The position numbers were made by a program, and so were the translations under genes. The notes beneath the pieces are model-generated. The model did not search any database and was not told the origin of the DNA. It saw only the letters and a list, made by a program, of their open reading frames with translations. A DNA stretch of 64,000 nucleotides from Peribolospora baueri (lineage: Eukaryota). Location: contig JAMDHS010000002.1 of NCBI GenBank assembly GCA_029717555.1, positions 62,001-126,000 on the forward strand, read 5' to 3'. Of the stretch, positions 1 to 12,985 are shown in pieces (position 1 is the first letter of the stretch; each line of letters opens with the position of its first letter).

Positions 1-56
1 GTTTATGAGTGGCGCTTTCGCCTCTCCCTCCACTCTCAGTCAACCCCACCCACGAC

Positions 57-3000
57 ATGCCGCGCAAATCAAATAAGCAGCCAACTGACGAGGAGTTAGC
101 TCGGGAGGCGCCGTTCAAATACACGACCTTCCACGTGGCGCCCGCCATCAATGGCAAGAACGTCTCATCCAACTACCTCAAGACGGACGGTCAAACCTGG
201 TGGGCCCGGCAGGCAGCCTCGGAAGGGAAAGACGTGCTTCCATATGCTGGAAGGGGAAGGAAGAGGAAGAATCCGCCGCTGGGAAACGCCCAGGCCAGAG
301 AGGCGCCCTCTGCTTTGGGTGAGGTCGGCGAAGCGGATAAACCCAGCGAAGAGGATGAAGACTCAGAGAGGGTGCGTTCGATTGTTGTTCCTCGTCATTT
401 GTCTGGATTGGTTTGTTGAGAGACTCATTTCGGGGTTTTTTTTCCCTCCTCTCGTCCCCGAATCTAGGAGGAGGTTGCGCCAGCCGCCCGCACTATGGTC
501 ATCCACCCAGGCTCCCGCAATTTGCGTATCGGTCGCGCCTCTGATCACGCTCCGCTCATTATTCCTCATGTCATCGCGAGGCGTAAAAGGACAAACGGTC
601 TGCATGACACAGGTGAAGTGCAGGTGCAGGAGGACAAGGAGGTCGATGGACAGCAGGAGGAGAGGCGGCAGGAAGAGATGGACGTGGAAGAAGGGGAACC
701 AGTCGACCCGGTGAGTGGGATTTTGAAGTCACTTTTGCTTGCCCACAACGTCTTTTCTGAACGCTCGGCGGCTTGACATGCTCCTCCTGCTTGATAAGCT
801 TGGCAGAAAGTTCGACGCGATTCGCACCGACCTCCGATCCATCATGCGCTCGATGAAACTGCGCGGCGTCTCCAATGGCAAGGGACTCGCCGCGAGCTAC
901 AATGAAGGGGTGGAAGAGGTGTTTATTCAAGAACATAACGACCCGTATCCTGTCGAATGGACGAAAGCGGACGGAAAGGATTATGTCGTTGGGGAGGGTG
1001 TGCGTATTCTTACACAGTCAGCGTCCCTTGACGTTCTGCCGCTGATTCCACGAAATTCATTTCCGATGCGTGCGCATCAGGCTTTGCGTCTCCCTTGCTT
1101 CTCCCAGCCAGAGCCGAAGGGCTCTTCATCTGCCGTGAATTCAGAAATCTGGGAGCTCTTCTATCCGCTGCATTGTGGCAACTTCAACTTCGCGGGCTAC
1201 AATAAGGCCTATTCGACCAAGAGTTCCGTGTACCAAGCGTTATTGAATGACCTGGAAACCATATGGACGCATGCCATCGTTCACGATCTAGGCATAGACC
1301 GGAGGGAAATCAAGGCGAGCTGGTTGCGGGAATTTCGTTGGCCCAGGAGAGTTTAACTCACTGCCACGGTCTTTGCTCTTTGCATGCAGACAATGTCGGT
1401 CATTCTCATCGTTCCAGACCTCTTCGACAAGTACTATATCAGAGAGCTCTCCGACCTTTTGCTTGGAAGCATGGGCTTTGCGCAAATCTGCGTTCAACAA
1501 GAGTCCTTGTGCGCCTCGTTCGGTGCGGGTATATCCTCAGCGTGTATTGTCGACGTTGGGGCCACCAGAATCAACGTAGCTTGCGTTGATGAGGGGATGG
1601 TGCTTCCAGAGACCAGGTGAGCAGCGATGTAACGAGTGGATGTTTTGCTTCACCAGTCTCATTTACCGTGCTGTCCCCTTACCGGCTAAAGGATCTCATT
1701 GAGCTATGGAGGAGATGACATCACAGAGATCTGGAGTGAGTCTTCGCATCCTGGCTCTCAGAGCAGAGCAGTCGGATTGATCGTCACTCTCGGTTCGTCA
1801 ACTTCCCAGCTGCGTTGCTCGAGAGAGCCAACTTTCCTTACCGCGAGGTGGATATCCAGAAACGCATGAGCGATCGCATGCTAATGACAGAGTTGAAAGA
1901 GAAGATGAATACGATGAACCCCGTGCGTCTCTCTCTCCTTGTGCAACCTGTGACGGATTAGAGTTGTGCTGATCGCTCTGCAAATGCTTATTTTTGTTCT
2001 CTTTTGGTAGTCCGATTTTGGCCTCAACATGTATGACTTTTACGTTCGCTTGCCCGGCGAGATGACGCGCAAGTACATGTTACGCGTTTACGATGAAGTT
2101 ATCGTTGCGCCGATGGTGAGCAAGTTCACAGCGCCTTTTTGGCCGCGCGTGTCCGATACTTCTTGCTAACCCGTTTTCATGCCATCCCGGAAGACTCTAT
2201 TCCATCCGCGAGTTATAGACTTCGACCGCAAGCCGTCCTCAAGAGATGAAGAAGATCTTTGGGGAGCTGACCAGGACGACCTAAATGATTCGACCTTGTT
2301 CGCCGTGGTGAGCTTTAGTCTTTTCTCGATTGTGTCTTTACTCGCATATATCTGATCAGAGCTGCTCTGACTGGTCCAGACCAATGCCATGCAAAATTGT
2401 ACGAGACACCTGCTCCCACCAGTATCTGCTTCTGTTCCCGGCATCATCCCAGGCAATACCACGACTGGTCCGCAGCTCAGCGTCCACACTCCATCGGAGC
2501 ATCTTGCAGGTGCGACTGCTGGGACGCTTTCTGGCCTCGAGAGCCGGGCGGAGACGCCGTCCGAGCAGGCGGGTACGCCAGCCCCGGGCGGTCTGACTCC
2601 TTTGGGAGGTACGACTGGCCCCTCGAACACTCCGCTGGGGCAGGCGCAAACGAGTTCGGGACCACCGACGACCCAAAATGGACCTCAAGTACCGGCAGTT
2701 GACTTTTCGTGGGAAGCAAGCAAGGTGCCTCTGGACGTCGCCGTCTGGAACAGCCTCCTGGCCAGTGGGACGGAGGACAGAATCAAGCGCTTTGCCAACG
2801 CGATTGTATTCGTAGGAGGTGTGGGACGGATGCCTGGACTGGCGAGCGCTTTGGAAGCTAAGTGAGTTACATCTTTCTCAGCAGTAGCCTGGCATGGATC
2901 GATCGCTGAACACCTATGTGCACGTCTTACAGGCTGGTAATGCATATGTCGTCCAACCCAACAACCGGCCATGCCTCCGCCCAAGTCATACCCTCTCCGC

Positions 3001-3143
3001 GCGACATGGATCCACGTGTGTTGCCTTGGAAGGGCGTCTCTGTGCTCGCACGGTTGGAAGGCGTCGAGGATTTCTGGCTGCGTCGAAGGGATTGGGAGGA
3101 CCTTGGCTGGCGGGCTTTGAAGGAGAAGACGTTGTACTTATGA
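57..3143 (+). CDS. ARP8: Actin-related protein 8 (INO80 complex subunit), multi-exon
   Basis: N-terminal FKYTTFHVAPAINGKNVSSNYLKTD, VIHPGSRNLRIGRASD, LIVPDLFDKYYIRE..GFAQICVQQES..FGAGISSACIVDVGA..VACVDEG, and C-terminal PRDMDPRVLPWKGVSVLARLE..W..RDWEDLGWRALKEK. Pieces join through canonical introns plus one probable GC-AG intron. Confidence 0.93.
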
Positions 3144-3591
3144 ACATTTGTGTCATTATGATGAGTATGGAGCACCTCGGTCGATATGATGTTATCATAG
3201 GCGAGTCGGCTAACGATAGTTCGACCCTGTACGCAGTACGCAGAGCAGACCATGAAAAAGTCACTCCACCTTGGATCTCTAACGCCTCAACAATATGTAG
3301 AGCTCAAATAAGCTTTGATATAGGGACAGGCCGCCGCATATGAATTTTCTCCTCGCGGTGCCGCTAGGCATAATTTGCTCAGATTTAACGATAGCTGTCG
3401 TTGTCGTTCTACCTACGTGTGTCCAGCGACTCGTAAAACACATCGACTGGTACCACGAGCCGATGCGCAATGCGACGGAAGTGAAGCAACCAAAAATTGG
3501 ATAGACCCAGTACTGTGAACGCCTACAAATGGCATCGCCGCCTTGCCGCCTGCGGACAAGTGCGACTGAAATCAGAGCTCAACGCCAGCCG

Positions 3592-3972
3592 TCATTCGTC
3601 CGAGTCGAGGACATTGCCACCCATCTCCTCAATCAGCGGGGCCTTCCTCCCTTCCTCCCGAGATTGGTCCTCTTCATCCACGGCATCGTCACCGTCGCCG
3701 CTGTCATTCAGGGTGGACCGGGATCGAGCAGCGGCCTCCCGCTTGGCCATCATCTCGAGCAGGAAGGCCTCTGCCCCTGATAGCGCATTCGCGTGCGCGC
3801 CCGCTGCGCTGCTATCCGTGCCGGTCAGGATCTGTCGCCAGCCTTCGTTTGCCTTTTCGCCGTCGTCGTCGACATGGCTGCCTTCGTCCTCTGTAGTCGA
3901 ATCTTCATCAGCGTCAGAATTGGAAGTCGTCGAGGACAAAGGTGACGATGTCGAATTAGAGTCTGCGCTCAT

Positions 3973-4003
<31 letters not shown>

Positions 4004-4714
4004 GAAGCGGAGGAGGGTTTCGCTGTGGAGAGATTGTCGGTCATGGTCGCCTTCATGGACGCCCTTTCTTGTTCTTTGCACGCGCCGCGCTCCTGGTTCT
4101 CACCGTCCAAGATCGGCTGGGTTTCCCTCTCTTTTCCCTTGGACTCGACCTTTTGCTTGCGTTTTCTTCGTCTTGTAGCACGGTTTGGGCGTTCCTCGAA
4201 GACGCCGAGTCCAAGGTCCTGTCGCGAACACGGACGACCACGGCCGGTTGAGCTGGTGCTTACGTTATAAGCGCACGATGGTGACAGATAAAAGTTATAT
4301 CCACCAATTCCACGTAAGGTCGTTGCGCGCCTTCGGCAGACTCAGCGCCCAAGCTATCGTCCACATCCATCACGACTCTTCCTTCGCCTTGCTCGAGTTG
4401 AGCGTTGGCATCCCGGATCTGAGGTAGAAAAGCCTGCAGGCGCGAGAACACTGCAAACAACGGTCCCACAGAGTCAAAAAAGACCAATACATCCAATCAG
4501 GATGCCTCGAGAAACAAACTCACGGTCAGATGGCTCCGGAACTGCGAACATTTCGGGGGGAGCGACGGGTCTCGCTGACTGAGCCCCTACGTCCCTTTGA
4601 AGGAGTGCCTCTGGGCAAGTATGGGAGCAGGTTGAGTTGATATGGCAGCATAGTAGAGGCAATGAGTAATGGCTCACCTACGGCTCTCCTCCTGGCTTGT
4701 GACTGGTCTGACAT
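3592..4714 (-). CDS. DUF4598 / NOPCHAP1 (C12orf45)-like acidic protein, multi-exon
   Basis: Spliced reading gives LFSRLQAFLPQIRDANAQL...PYVEL-DLGLGVFEE, then a long acidic tract and a C-terminal PLIEEM. ATG at 4714 is followed by a GTGAG donor. Confidence 0.7.
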
Positions 4715-5015
4715 TGCCTTGCTTCCTTCACTTTGCCTCTGTCGGTCGTCGGTCTCGATACGAGTTGGGAGGACGTCTCGATCGGAAAAGAAAGACTGCG
4801 GTGCATCACGTGCACGAGACCGCGTTGCGCGTCCGACGCGTGAATATGCAGATTACGAGACGGGAACGTCGTTCAACTTCTCCGGCAGACGGATGCTAAA
4901 TAGAGAGCAACGCAGGCCGGCAGGGGTGCTGGTTTCCTCCTTCGCACCACCGCAACTCTCAGCGACGATCAACCGACCCAACCGTCTCTCGTCTGTCGTT
5001 AGCGACGCTTTCACC

Positions 5016-7360
5016 ATGTCAGCCGAGTCGGACATTTGTCTCCACCCGGACATTCTTCACTGCCTCAAGAGGAAACAGCTCGTGAGCCTTTGCCGTCGAT
5101 TCGACATCAAAGCCTCTGGAAAGGTACGTGATGGTTACAAAAAGCAGACTACTCTTCGTGCCATTGACTCTCATTATTGGCTTCCATTCTTCGCCTCCCT
5201 AGAACACTGATCTGATTGCCAAGCTCCAGGCATACGCCGCCACGATACCCCCCAACAGCCCCACAAATGGACTACTTGTTGTCGGCGATCACGATGACAA
5301 GGGGAATGATGACGACGACAAAGACAGCTCCGATATCGACAACGCTCGTAGCGAGATGGGGTTGCTTGTTCCGTCCAATACTTCTGATAACCAATCGAGC
5401 CTAGGTGGGAGCAGCAGGAATAGCACCATGAGCAGCACCATGAGCAGCACCATGAGCAGCACAAGGGGCAGCACAAGGAGCGCCAGAACTAGGAGTATCA
5501 ACACGAGTAACGCCCGAATGAAGAGCACGACCACTAAGGACAAGGATGAGGATGCTAGTGACGAAACGGCCTCCCTTGCTCCTTCCAAAGCCTCTGACAA
5601 CAAGTCAAGTCTAGGCAGGAGCAGCAGGAGCAACACCATGAGAAGCACCATGAGCGGCACCATGAGCAGCACAAGGAGCAGCACAAGGAGTGCCAGCATT
5701 AGGAGCACCAACGCCATTAACGCTAGCAGTAACGCCCGCATCAAGAGCACGGCGACGAAGGACAAGGATGAGGGTTCTCGTGGCGAAACAGCCTCCCTCG
5801 CTCCTTCCAAAGCGTCTGATATTAAGTCGAGCCTGGGTAGGACTAGCAGACTTGCGACGGACAGTTTGCGGAGGCCCGACAGGAGCAATACCAGCGCGCG
5901 GAACCCCATCAAGAGGACCGCCAGCATGCGGAGCACGGCTACGAGCAGCAGTCCGAGCAACATTACGACGAGCACCGACGACAGTGCCTCGAGCGACAAG
6001 GAGATGGCGGAAGGCCCTGCGAAAAAGAAACCTCGGACTGCTGTCTCCCAGGCTGGAGCCCCTATCACTTCGACGTCTAGCTCTCGCCCGGCGTCCAACT
6101 CTCGCCCGGCGTCCAGCTCTCGCCTGACGTCCAGCTCTCGCCCGGCGTCCATCTCTCGCCCATCTATCTCTCGAGGTACACAGGGCAGGAATCTCAGTAG
6201 TCCGCGCTCGCCCATGTGCTCGCAAGCGCGCTCGCCCGTCCGCTCGCCAGTCCGCTCGCCAGTCCGTTCGCCAATCCGTTCGCCACTACGCCCGTCAATC
6301 CATTTGCCCATCCGCTCCATTCGCTCGCCAGTTCGCTCGCCAGTGCGGCCTTCCATCCCCAACGGGATCTTATCCCGTAGCACGCCTGGCAAACCTCCTC
6401 TCAGTCCTTCGCGACCGCTCGCGTCGCCTTCTATCTCCAAGCTGGCCAGCCCTCAAGCCCGTGCCGAGGCGAATATTGGGAATCCTCGCTCGCCTGCCCC
6501 GCCTTCTGTTTCCAAAACAGCTTTCTCGGAAGCCACCGCTGCCGTTTTGGCTGAGATGAACGCTCGCATGAAAGCGAGCAAAGGCGACTCCGCTATGCCG
6601 GCGACAGCCGCAAGTCTAAACTTTGGCGAGAACAAGGCTACTGCGCCTCCTCCTAGCGTGCTGGGAGTGAAGCGCAAGCAGTCGGAGAGTGAAATGACCA
6701 GCAAGTTCGATGGACAGCACCAAAAGGAATTTGCAAAGTGAGCTCTTCTATCCAACTTGTCTCTCTGTTGTTATGCTGCTTGTAGAGAATGTTGCTTACA
6801 GGGGTAACCGGTTCTTCGTTGAGTAGAATGGGCTCAATTGCCAGCCATTACTCTCTAAAGCGGAAAGATCCTTTCGGCTCTCAGCCTAGCCCTTCGACGA
6901 AATCTTCGAGCGTCGCGTCAAGGAGCGATGCGCCCATCGTCGCGGGCGACGGTCAAAGCGGCCGCGAAACAAAGCGAATGCGCACGATGGACGGTAATGC
7001 CGCTCCGATTGCCAAGAGTACGACGGCGGACAAGCTCAAGCAAGAGGAATGGACGGCTGAAAAGCAGAAGCAGGACAAGGAAAAGAGGCTGCAGTTGGCT
7101 AGGCAGAGGAGGGCGGGAGCCGTCGGTCCTGGTGGGCGTGAGTATGGTAGCCTTCCCAAAAAAACCCGCAGTCAGAAAGAGCTTGTGTCTGATTCTGTCT
7201 TTGTAACTTTTCAGGCAAATCGCTGGCGCCTCAAGCTCGGCCAAAGACTAATGTTGCGACCCGCTTCCTTAAGACCGCAGGTGCTGGAGTGCGCAACGCT
7301 GTGCAGTCCGTTAAGACACTTGCTGGCGGGAGCGGCGACAAGAACATCCGTAACGTGTAG
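5016..7360 (+). CDS. NuSAP-like protein: N-terminal SAP domain, Ser/Arg/Pro-rich repeats, conserved helical motif, basic C-terminus; 4 exons
   Basis: SAP-like LHCLKRKQLVSLCRRFDIKASGK|NTDLIAKLQAY (intron 5124-5202). Motif FDGQHQKEFAK|MGSIASHY (intron 6738-6826). Last exon reads open to TAG at 7358-7360. Confidence 0.7.
5371..5849 (+). repeat. Intragenic tandem duplication (~210-220 bp unit, 2 copies plus a partial third) with nested 12-bp AGCACCATGAGC repeats
   Basis: Units start near 5371, 5581 and 5803. The two full units encode PS...SSLG..SR..TMSSTR.STRSA...NAR.KST.TKDKDE....ETASLA. Confidence 0.9.
6075..6345 (+). repeat. Coding minisatellites: 18-bp SSRPAS units followed by 12-bp RSPV/RSPI units
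   Basis: Repeated tctcgcccggcgtcca and cgctcgccagtc visible in the sequence. Confidence 0.85.
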
Positions 7361-7603
7361 GACGTTTGTCACCTCGTTAACACCCCGACGTAGGGGAAGA
7401 TACCCAGGAACGTGGTTCTTCTTTTTTTCTTCCCCAAGCTTCTTTTGGTTTCTGGTGTAGTTTTACCTTAGGCAGCCTCACAGGAGGGGGTATGGCCCGA
7501 AATGCCTTCTACGTTGACTATGAAGGAACGATGATTACAAAAAAAGGAATGTGAGAGTGTGCAGAAGAGCGAGGTAACGAACATGGTATGAAATACTCTG
7601 GAA

Positions 7604-9881
7604 TCAACGACGACTCGTTTCTTCGTCGTTCACCAAACCTGCCTTTTCGCCCCAGGTAGCGCTCGACTCGGCAGCGAGGGCTCCATCGTGGTCCATCTTG
7701 CTTCCATTACTGGGGACGTTGGTGATCGGGGCCTTGAACCACTTGCGCGCATCGATCAGGTACCACCCACCGGAACCAATAAGGACAACGCCAACTACAA
7801 GGAGAGAGACGAATGCATCATCCTTCAGTGATCCACGTTGAAAATTGCGCCGGATATAGCGCAGCAACACTCACAGATAAGGACAGCCCAGTTCATTGTC
7901 TCCTTGGTGGGCTGGCTATCCGGCGGACAAAGCAGCAAGAAGATGATGAAGATCACCCACGCCGACGCAATGGCTCCGCATGGGATGGCGAACTTGCCGA
8001 GTGACCAGGAGCCGGCCTTGAAGCGTGATCGACCAGAGGTAATACGGAGGAAGATTGGGATCGCATAGGAGATGTAAAGAGCTATTACGGAGCAGGAGGA
8101 CAGAGCATTAATGGCTGCAGGAGTTGGAGGAGAGAGTGCATGCAGAGAGAAGCCGGACATGTGAGCGGAACAAGAACACCTCAAGGCAGCACACGAAATG
8201 AAGAACACACCTGTCCCAGATGTCTGGAATGTGAGGAGACCGAGCAATGCGCTCCCACTGGCAACGAAGGCGACTGCGTTTACGGGCGTCCGAGTCCAAC
8301 CATTGACATGCTTCCACCACCGGGAGCCTGGAAGAGCGTTGTCCCTTGCGAAGGCGAAGACAACGCGGCTGGCATCAACCAGTTGAGCGCAACTCGTGAC
8401 GTACTGTTGAAGTAACGGAGAAAGAGCGAGAAGGGCCGTCAGGGCGGCGAGATTTGAAAGGAAGGCATGAACACGGCCAGAGACGCTTACCTGAACAATG
8501 ATCACAAGCGACCAGATAGCAAGCATGCCGTGCTTGCCCAGCACGTTGAGGAAGACCTGGGCCATTGGGAGGGGCAGGTCGCTGCTGAGCAAGTCTGGGA
8601 CGCTCGGAATCACGAACGAAGTGGCGATATTCAGAGCCCAGCCGAGGATGGCCGTGCCGGATACAGCGGAAACGATGGCGACGGGTCCCACTTTGGCTGC
8701 GTTTGTCGTCTCCTCAGCGATGTGGGCGGCTGAGTCGTATCCGGTCAGCGACCACATGGCACTCGTAAGAGACAACAAGAAAGCCATTCCATTGTTTGAC
8801 CAGCCACTGTTATTCTCAAACTGAAACAGGACCAAAGTATCAGCAATATGATATGTATCCGTATTTCGTTCACAATTGGTACTTTTTGAAGGACCAGCTC
8901 ACCTTGCCAAAAGCGACCGACGCTGGTTGCTTATCCCCGAGGACGGCGAACGCAATGATAACGGCCAGGGTGGTGCCGACGTTGATGAGCACGTAGAACA
9001 CATTGATACGAGCGAGAAAGCCAGTGGCGGCGCTGCAGAGGAACAGCTGGCTCGCGAGAAGAACGATGAAAATTCCGTAGATCGCGCCGGTGCTTAGGAC
9101 AGTGCCAGAGCCGACCTGGATCGCGCAAGCAATCATCTCGGAATTCGTGAACGCTGGTGGATCAAAAATTCACACAGTGAGAGCTAATCCTTTCAGCGAC
9201 GCGATATGGTCATATCGAGAGCGGCACGAACGCTCACCTATAGAGCAGACTAAAGACACTTGTCCGGTGATGTTGGACCAACCGGTGATCCAGCTAGCAA
9301 TGGGCGCGTAGCCTTTTGGCGCCAAGCGGGCGGACCAGTAATACAAGCCACCAGATGTGGGCATAGCTAATGGGTGAGGAAAGGGGGGTACGGAAGAGAG
9401 GGTGGCAATATTAAGCTCAAGCAGCGAAGCGAGCGCCTTTTTGGCCTATTTCACGGCTTTCATTAGGTGGAAACCTTGACTCACCAGAGCAGAGCTCAGC
9501 CATGGAAAGAGCGACGGTCATGACGAAAACTGCGGCTGTAATCCAGCCCCATACTGCAACAGAAGAGGCGAATCACTTTAGGTCAGGCTGTCCTACGCGA
9601 CGTTGCCGGAGGTCTCTTTGGCACTCACCGATGCCGACGTGACCGGCGTTATCTAGAGGAAAGTTGAGCGTAGCAGAGACAGAGGCGACGACACCCATGA
9701 TACTGAAACAGAAGCATGCCGTCGTCAATGCATTGAACTCGCGCTTGAACTCCTGCTTGTAACCGAGTCCGGCCAGGAGCTGCTCATCAGCGTTGAGAGA
9801 CGCAGGCAAGCTATCGCCGGCCGAGGCGGATTGGACGACCGCCCTGATCTTTTCTTTCGCCGTATTAGTGGTAGGCGACAT
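7604..9881 (-). CDS. APC superfamily amino-acid/amine permease (ACT family, GABA/choline/polyamine-permease-like), multi-exon
   Basis: LGYKQEFKREF, ELCSAMPTSGGLYYW, GYDSAAHIAEET, SRVVFAFARDNALPGS, ARKWF, and many hydrophobic helices. Confidence 0.92.
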
Positions 9882-10931
9882 GTCTGTCAAACGGAAAGAC
9901 AACGGACTCTGTGGAGGTGTGGAGTGGGACGAGAGGAAGAAAAAGAGGGAAGCAAAGTTGACGAGGGAGTTCATATGCGAATCGGGCTCGATGCCAGAAC
10001 AGAAGCTTCGTAGCCAAAACCGCCGGGAGCGTACGTTGCTGCATTGAGAGGATGAATGCGATATCAGTGCACAGAATCTGACTATCGAGAACGGGCGAAG
10101 CGTTATCAGCGCCGCATGTCGTCTAGTACGCCCTGATTCCGATTTTCGGCAATCCCTTAATGCGCTCGTCATAGATCCAATGTAAGACTGGTTGAAGACT
10201 AAGGTGGGGTCAGGAAAGCGAAGCCAGCTCATGACATGGCCGTATGAGTTACGAAACTGAGAAGATACGGGCCATGCTGGCGATAGATAACTCATCGTCG
10301 GGCTCGAAGCGACGGACGCGACGGAGGCCCGCCCATCTTGCTTTGTTGCCCCTCCCCGCGCAACTCAGGCCCAGAGACCAGCGACTTGACCGCGCGACAA
10401 ACCGAGCTGCTTCCGGACCTTTCCGGTGTAAGAGAAGAGCGGCAAGTGTGCGCATCCTCGTCGTCGACCCTTATCAGCGTGGTCTTCTTATCTTGCCGCC
10501 AGGCGTCCTCGCCTCTCACGGCATGCCCCTTTATCGCCGCCGCTCATGGCCGCAGTCGCGTTACGTTCTCCAAGTGTCACCCGCTGCTGTCCGTTTGTCA
10601 CTCCTCGATGGACGCTTGCCGTGAGGTGTCCAACGTCGTTCGTTAGCCTCCTCAGGCACCTCGAGGCGTTTCATCAAGCCTACACCGATTTCGAGCCGTT
10701 TATCTGACTGATCAATGAAAAGTCCGAGCTGATCTGATCGCAAGGTTGAGAGGCTCTCGCAGACGGACTTTTTTTTGAGTGCGTGCTTCTTTGGTTAGCT
10801 CACTTCGGAGCAACCTTGAGCAGGTGTTTCGCTACCTCTTTTCTCCTCCTCATCCTTACCCCCCCTCCTCCTGCAGCTATCTCATCTCTTTTCCTCGTCT
10901 CCTCTTTATTCACTAACTTTTTGTTACGGTT

Positions 10932-12780
10932 ATGTCAAACCACGACCCAACAGAACGCTCGCCGCTCCTCTCCGACGCGTCCGAGGACGCCTGGGACGAA
11001 CGCCTTGAGGTGGCGCTCTCCTCCTCGCCAGCCCATAGGCTGGGTTGCGAGCTGCTCCTGCTCCTGCGCCGATCCATTCCCGTCAGCTTTGCCTACACGC
11101 TTCAGATGTCTCTCCAGACCGTGTCAGTTCTCCTCGTCGGACGACTAGGCCCCGACGAACTGGCCGCCGCTGCAAGCGCCTACATGATCGCCATGGTCAC
11201 GGGTGAGTATGGGCGTGTGTGGGCGAGTATGTGAAAAGTAGATGACGAAAAAAACAAGGTGATATTGACCGCTGTTCTCACGCCCTCGGTACGCAGGCTG
11301 GACGGTTGCTCTCGGCGGGACGACAGCTTTGGATACGCTCGCTTCGCCCCTCTTCACGGCCTCGCCGACGCCATCGGACGTCGGCGTCCTCCTCCAGCGT
11401 GGTCTTTTCGTTCTATATCTGCTTTATATCCCTGTTGCTGCTCTTTGGTTCTGGATCGCACCCGTGTTTCGCCTCCTCGGGCAACACGAAGGGCTTAGCG
11501 ACAACGTCCAGGCATTCCTCCGTGTACTTATCATCGGAGCGCCGGCTTATATTGGTTTTGAGAGTGTTAAAAAATATTTGCAAGTTCAAGGTGAGTCGAT
11601 TTTGTCTTCCTACACAGAGGTATTCGGGTGAAGCATCATTGAAGGGTCCGTCTCACGGTGTATGTCTCTATCTGTCCCTCCAGGCTTGATGTCACCATCG
11701 ACGCTCGTCCTGGCGATCACTGCTCCCATCTGTGCCGGCCTAAACGTACTCTGCGTGCATACCCTGGACATGGGCCTTCTCGGCGCTCCATTGGCAACCT
11801 CCATCTCTTACTGGATCGCCTTTGTTCTTCTTTCTCTCGTTGCTCGCCTCGGACCGGGTAAAGCCTGCTGGGCGGGTCTGGACAGGAGGGCATTGAGCCC
11901 GCGAGGGTGCGTGCAGTTCCTCAAGCTCGCCGTTCCAGGCATTCTCATGGTCGGAACGGAGTGGTGGGCGTTCGAGATCGTCGCCCTGCTCGCCGGCCGC
12001 CTGCCAGGGAAGGCTCTTGCGGCACAAGGGGTCATCATGACTTGCGACCAGGTCATGAACACACTCCCTTTCGGCGTCGGCGTTTCCTCTTCCTCCCGCC
12101 TAGGCAACCTCCTCGGCCTTGGCAGGCCCGCTATTCCGCTAGCGAAGCTCTCTTCACAGGCTTCCGCGTCGCTCTCCACAATCTTCGGCGCTCTAGTCAT
12201 GCTGGTTTTGCTCGTCAAAATGGACACGTTCGGCTATCTCTTCTCCGATGACGCGGAGACGGTAGCCGCCGTGGCAGATGTTCTGCCTTATGTGGCCGCG
12301 TTCCAGATTTTCGACGGCTGGGCGGGCAGTTGTGGAGGACTTCTAAGGGGCATGGGTAGACAGGTAAGCGAATGATGGTGGGAGCCGGTTCCGGTTCGAA
12401 TGGGAGGCTCAGTCCCGTCTTCTTGGGTCCGCAGCACATCGGCGCCATTGTCAACGTAACGGCCTACTACCTCCTCGCCCTCCCGCTCGGCGCATTTCTG
12501 GCTTTTAACCGCCAAAAAGGCCTCGCGGGTCTCTGGTTCGGCCAATGTCTCGCGCTCTTCCTCGTCGGGTGAGCATCCTCACTCCCTCGCTTTATTCACC
12601 CCTTCCTGCTCCTGACCTTCATGCGTTGTGCGGTCTTCTTTTCAACACAGCGCGGGAGAGTACATTGTAGTTACTTTCGGCACCAACTGGGAGCACGAGG
12701 TAGACCTGGCGTGGCAGAGGGTCAAGTCGGACAAGCACGCCGCACCTCCGGCGGCCGAGGGGAGGATAGAGGAGGCGTGA
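10932..12780 (+). CDS. MATE family efflux transporter, multi-exon
   Basis: [56 protein letters not shown]....[24 protein letters not shown]. Last exon reads to TGA ending at 12780. Confidence 0.93.
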
Positions 12781-12985
12781 GAGGAGCTGAACGGCTACTT
12801 ATTTCGTAGATTCGCTTGCCGGTTACATGTCCTCGCCTAAGCCGAGTAAAACGAGTCTCGTCCGTGTATCAATCATGATTTCCTGCGCTCGAATAGACGT
12901 GAATGGGAACTGCGAGTACATTCAGGCACGTCATTCTAAGAATACAATGGCGAACATATCAAAAACCGAACAAGGAACAAACCAT

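Noticed and set aside
3497..4270. 257-aa Ser-rich plus-strand ORF
   Set aside because: Antisense shadow of the acidic DUF4598-like gene.
5289..6440. 383-aa hydrophobic antisense ORF
   Set aside because: Mirror of the Ser/Thr repeats in the plus-strand NuSAP-like gene.
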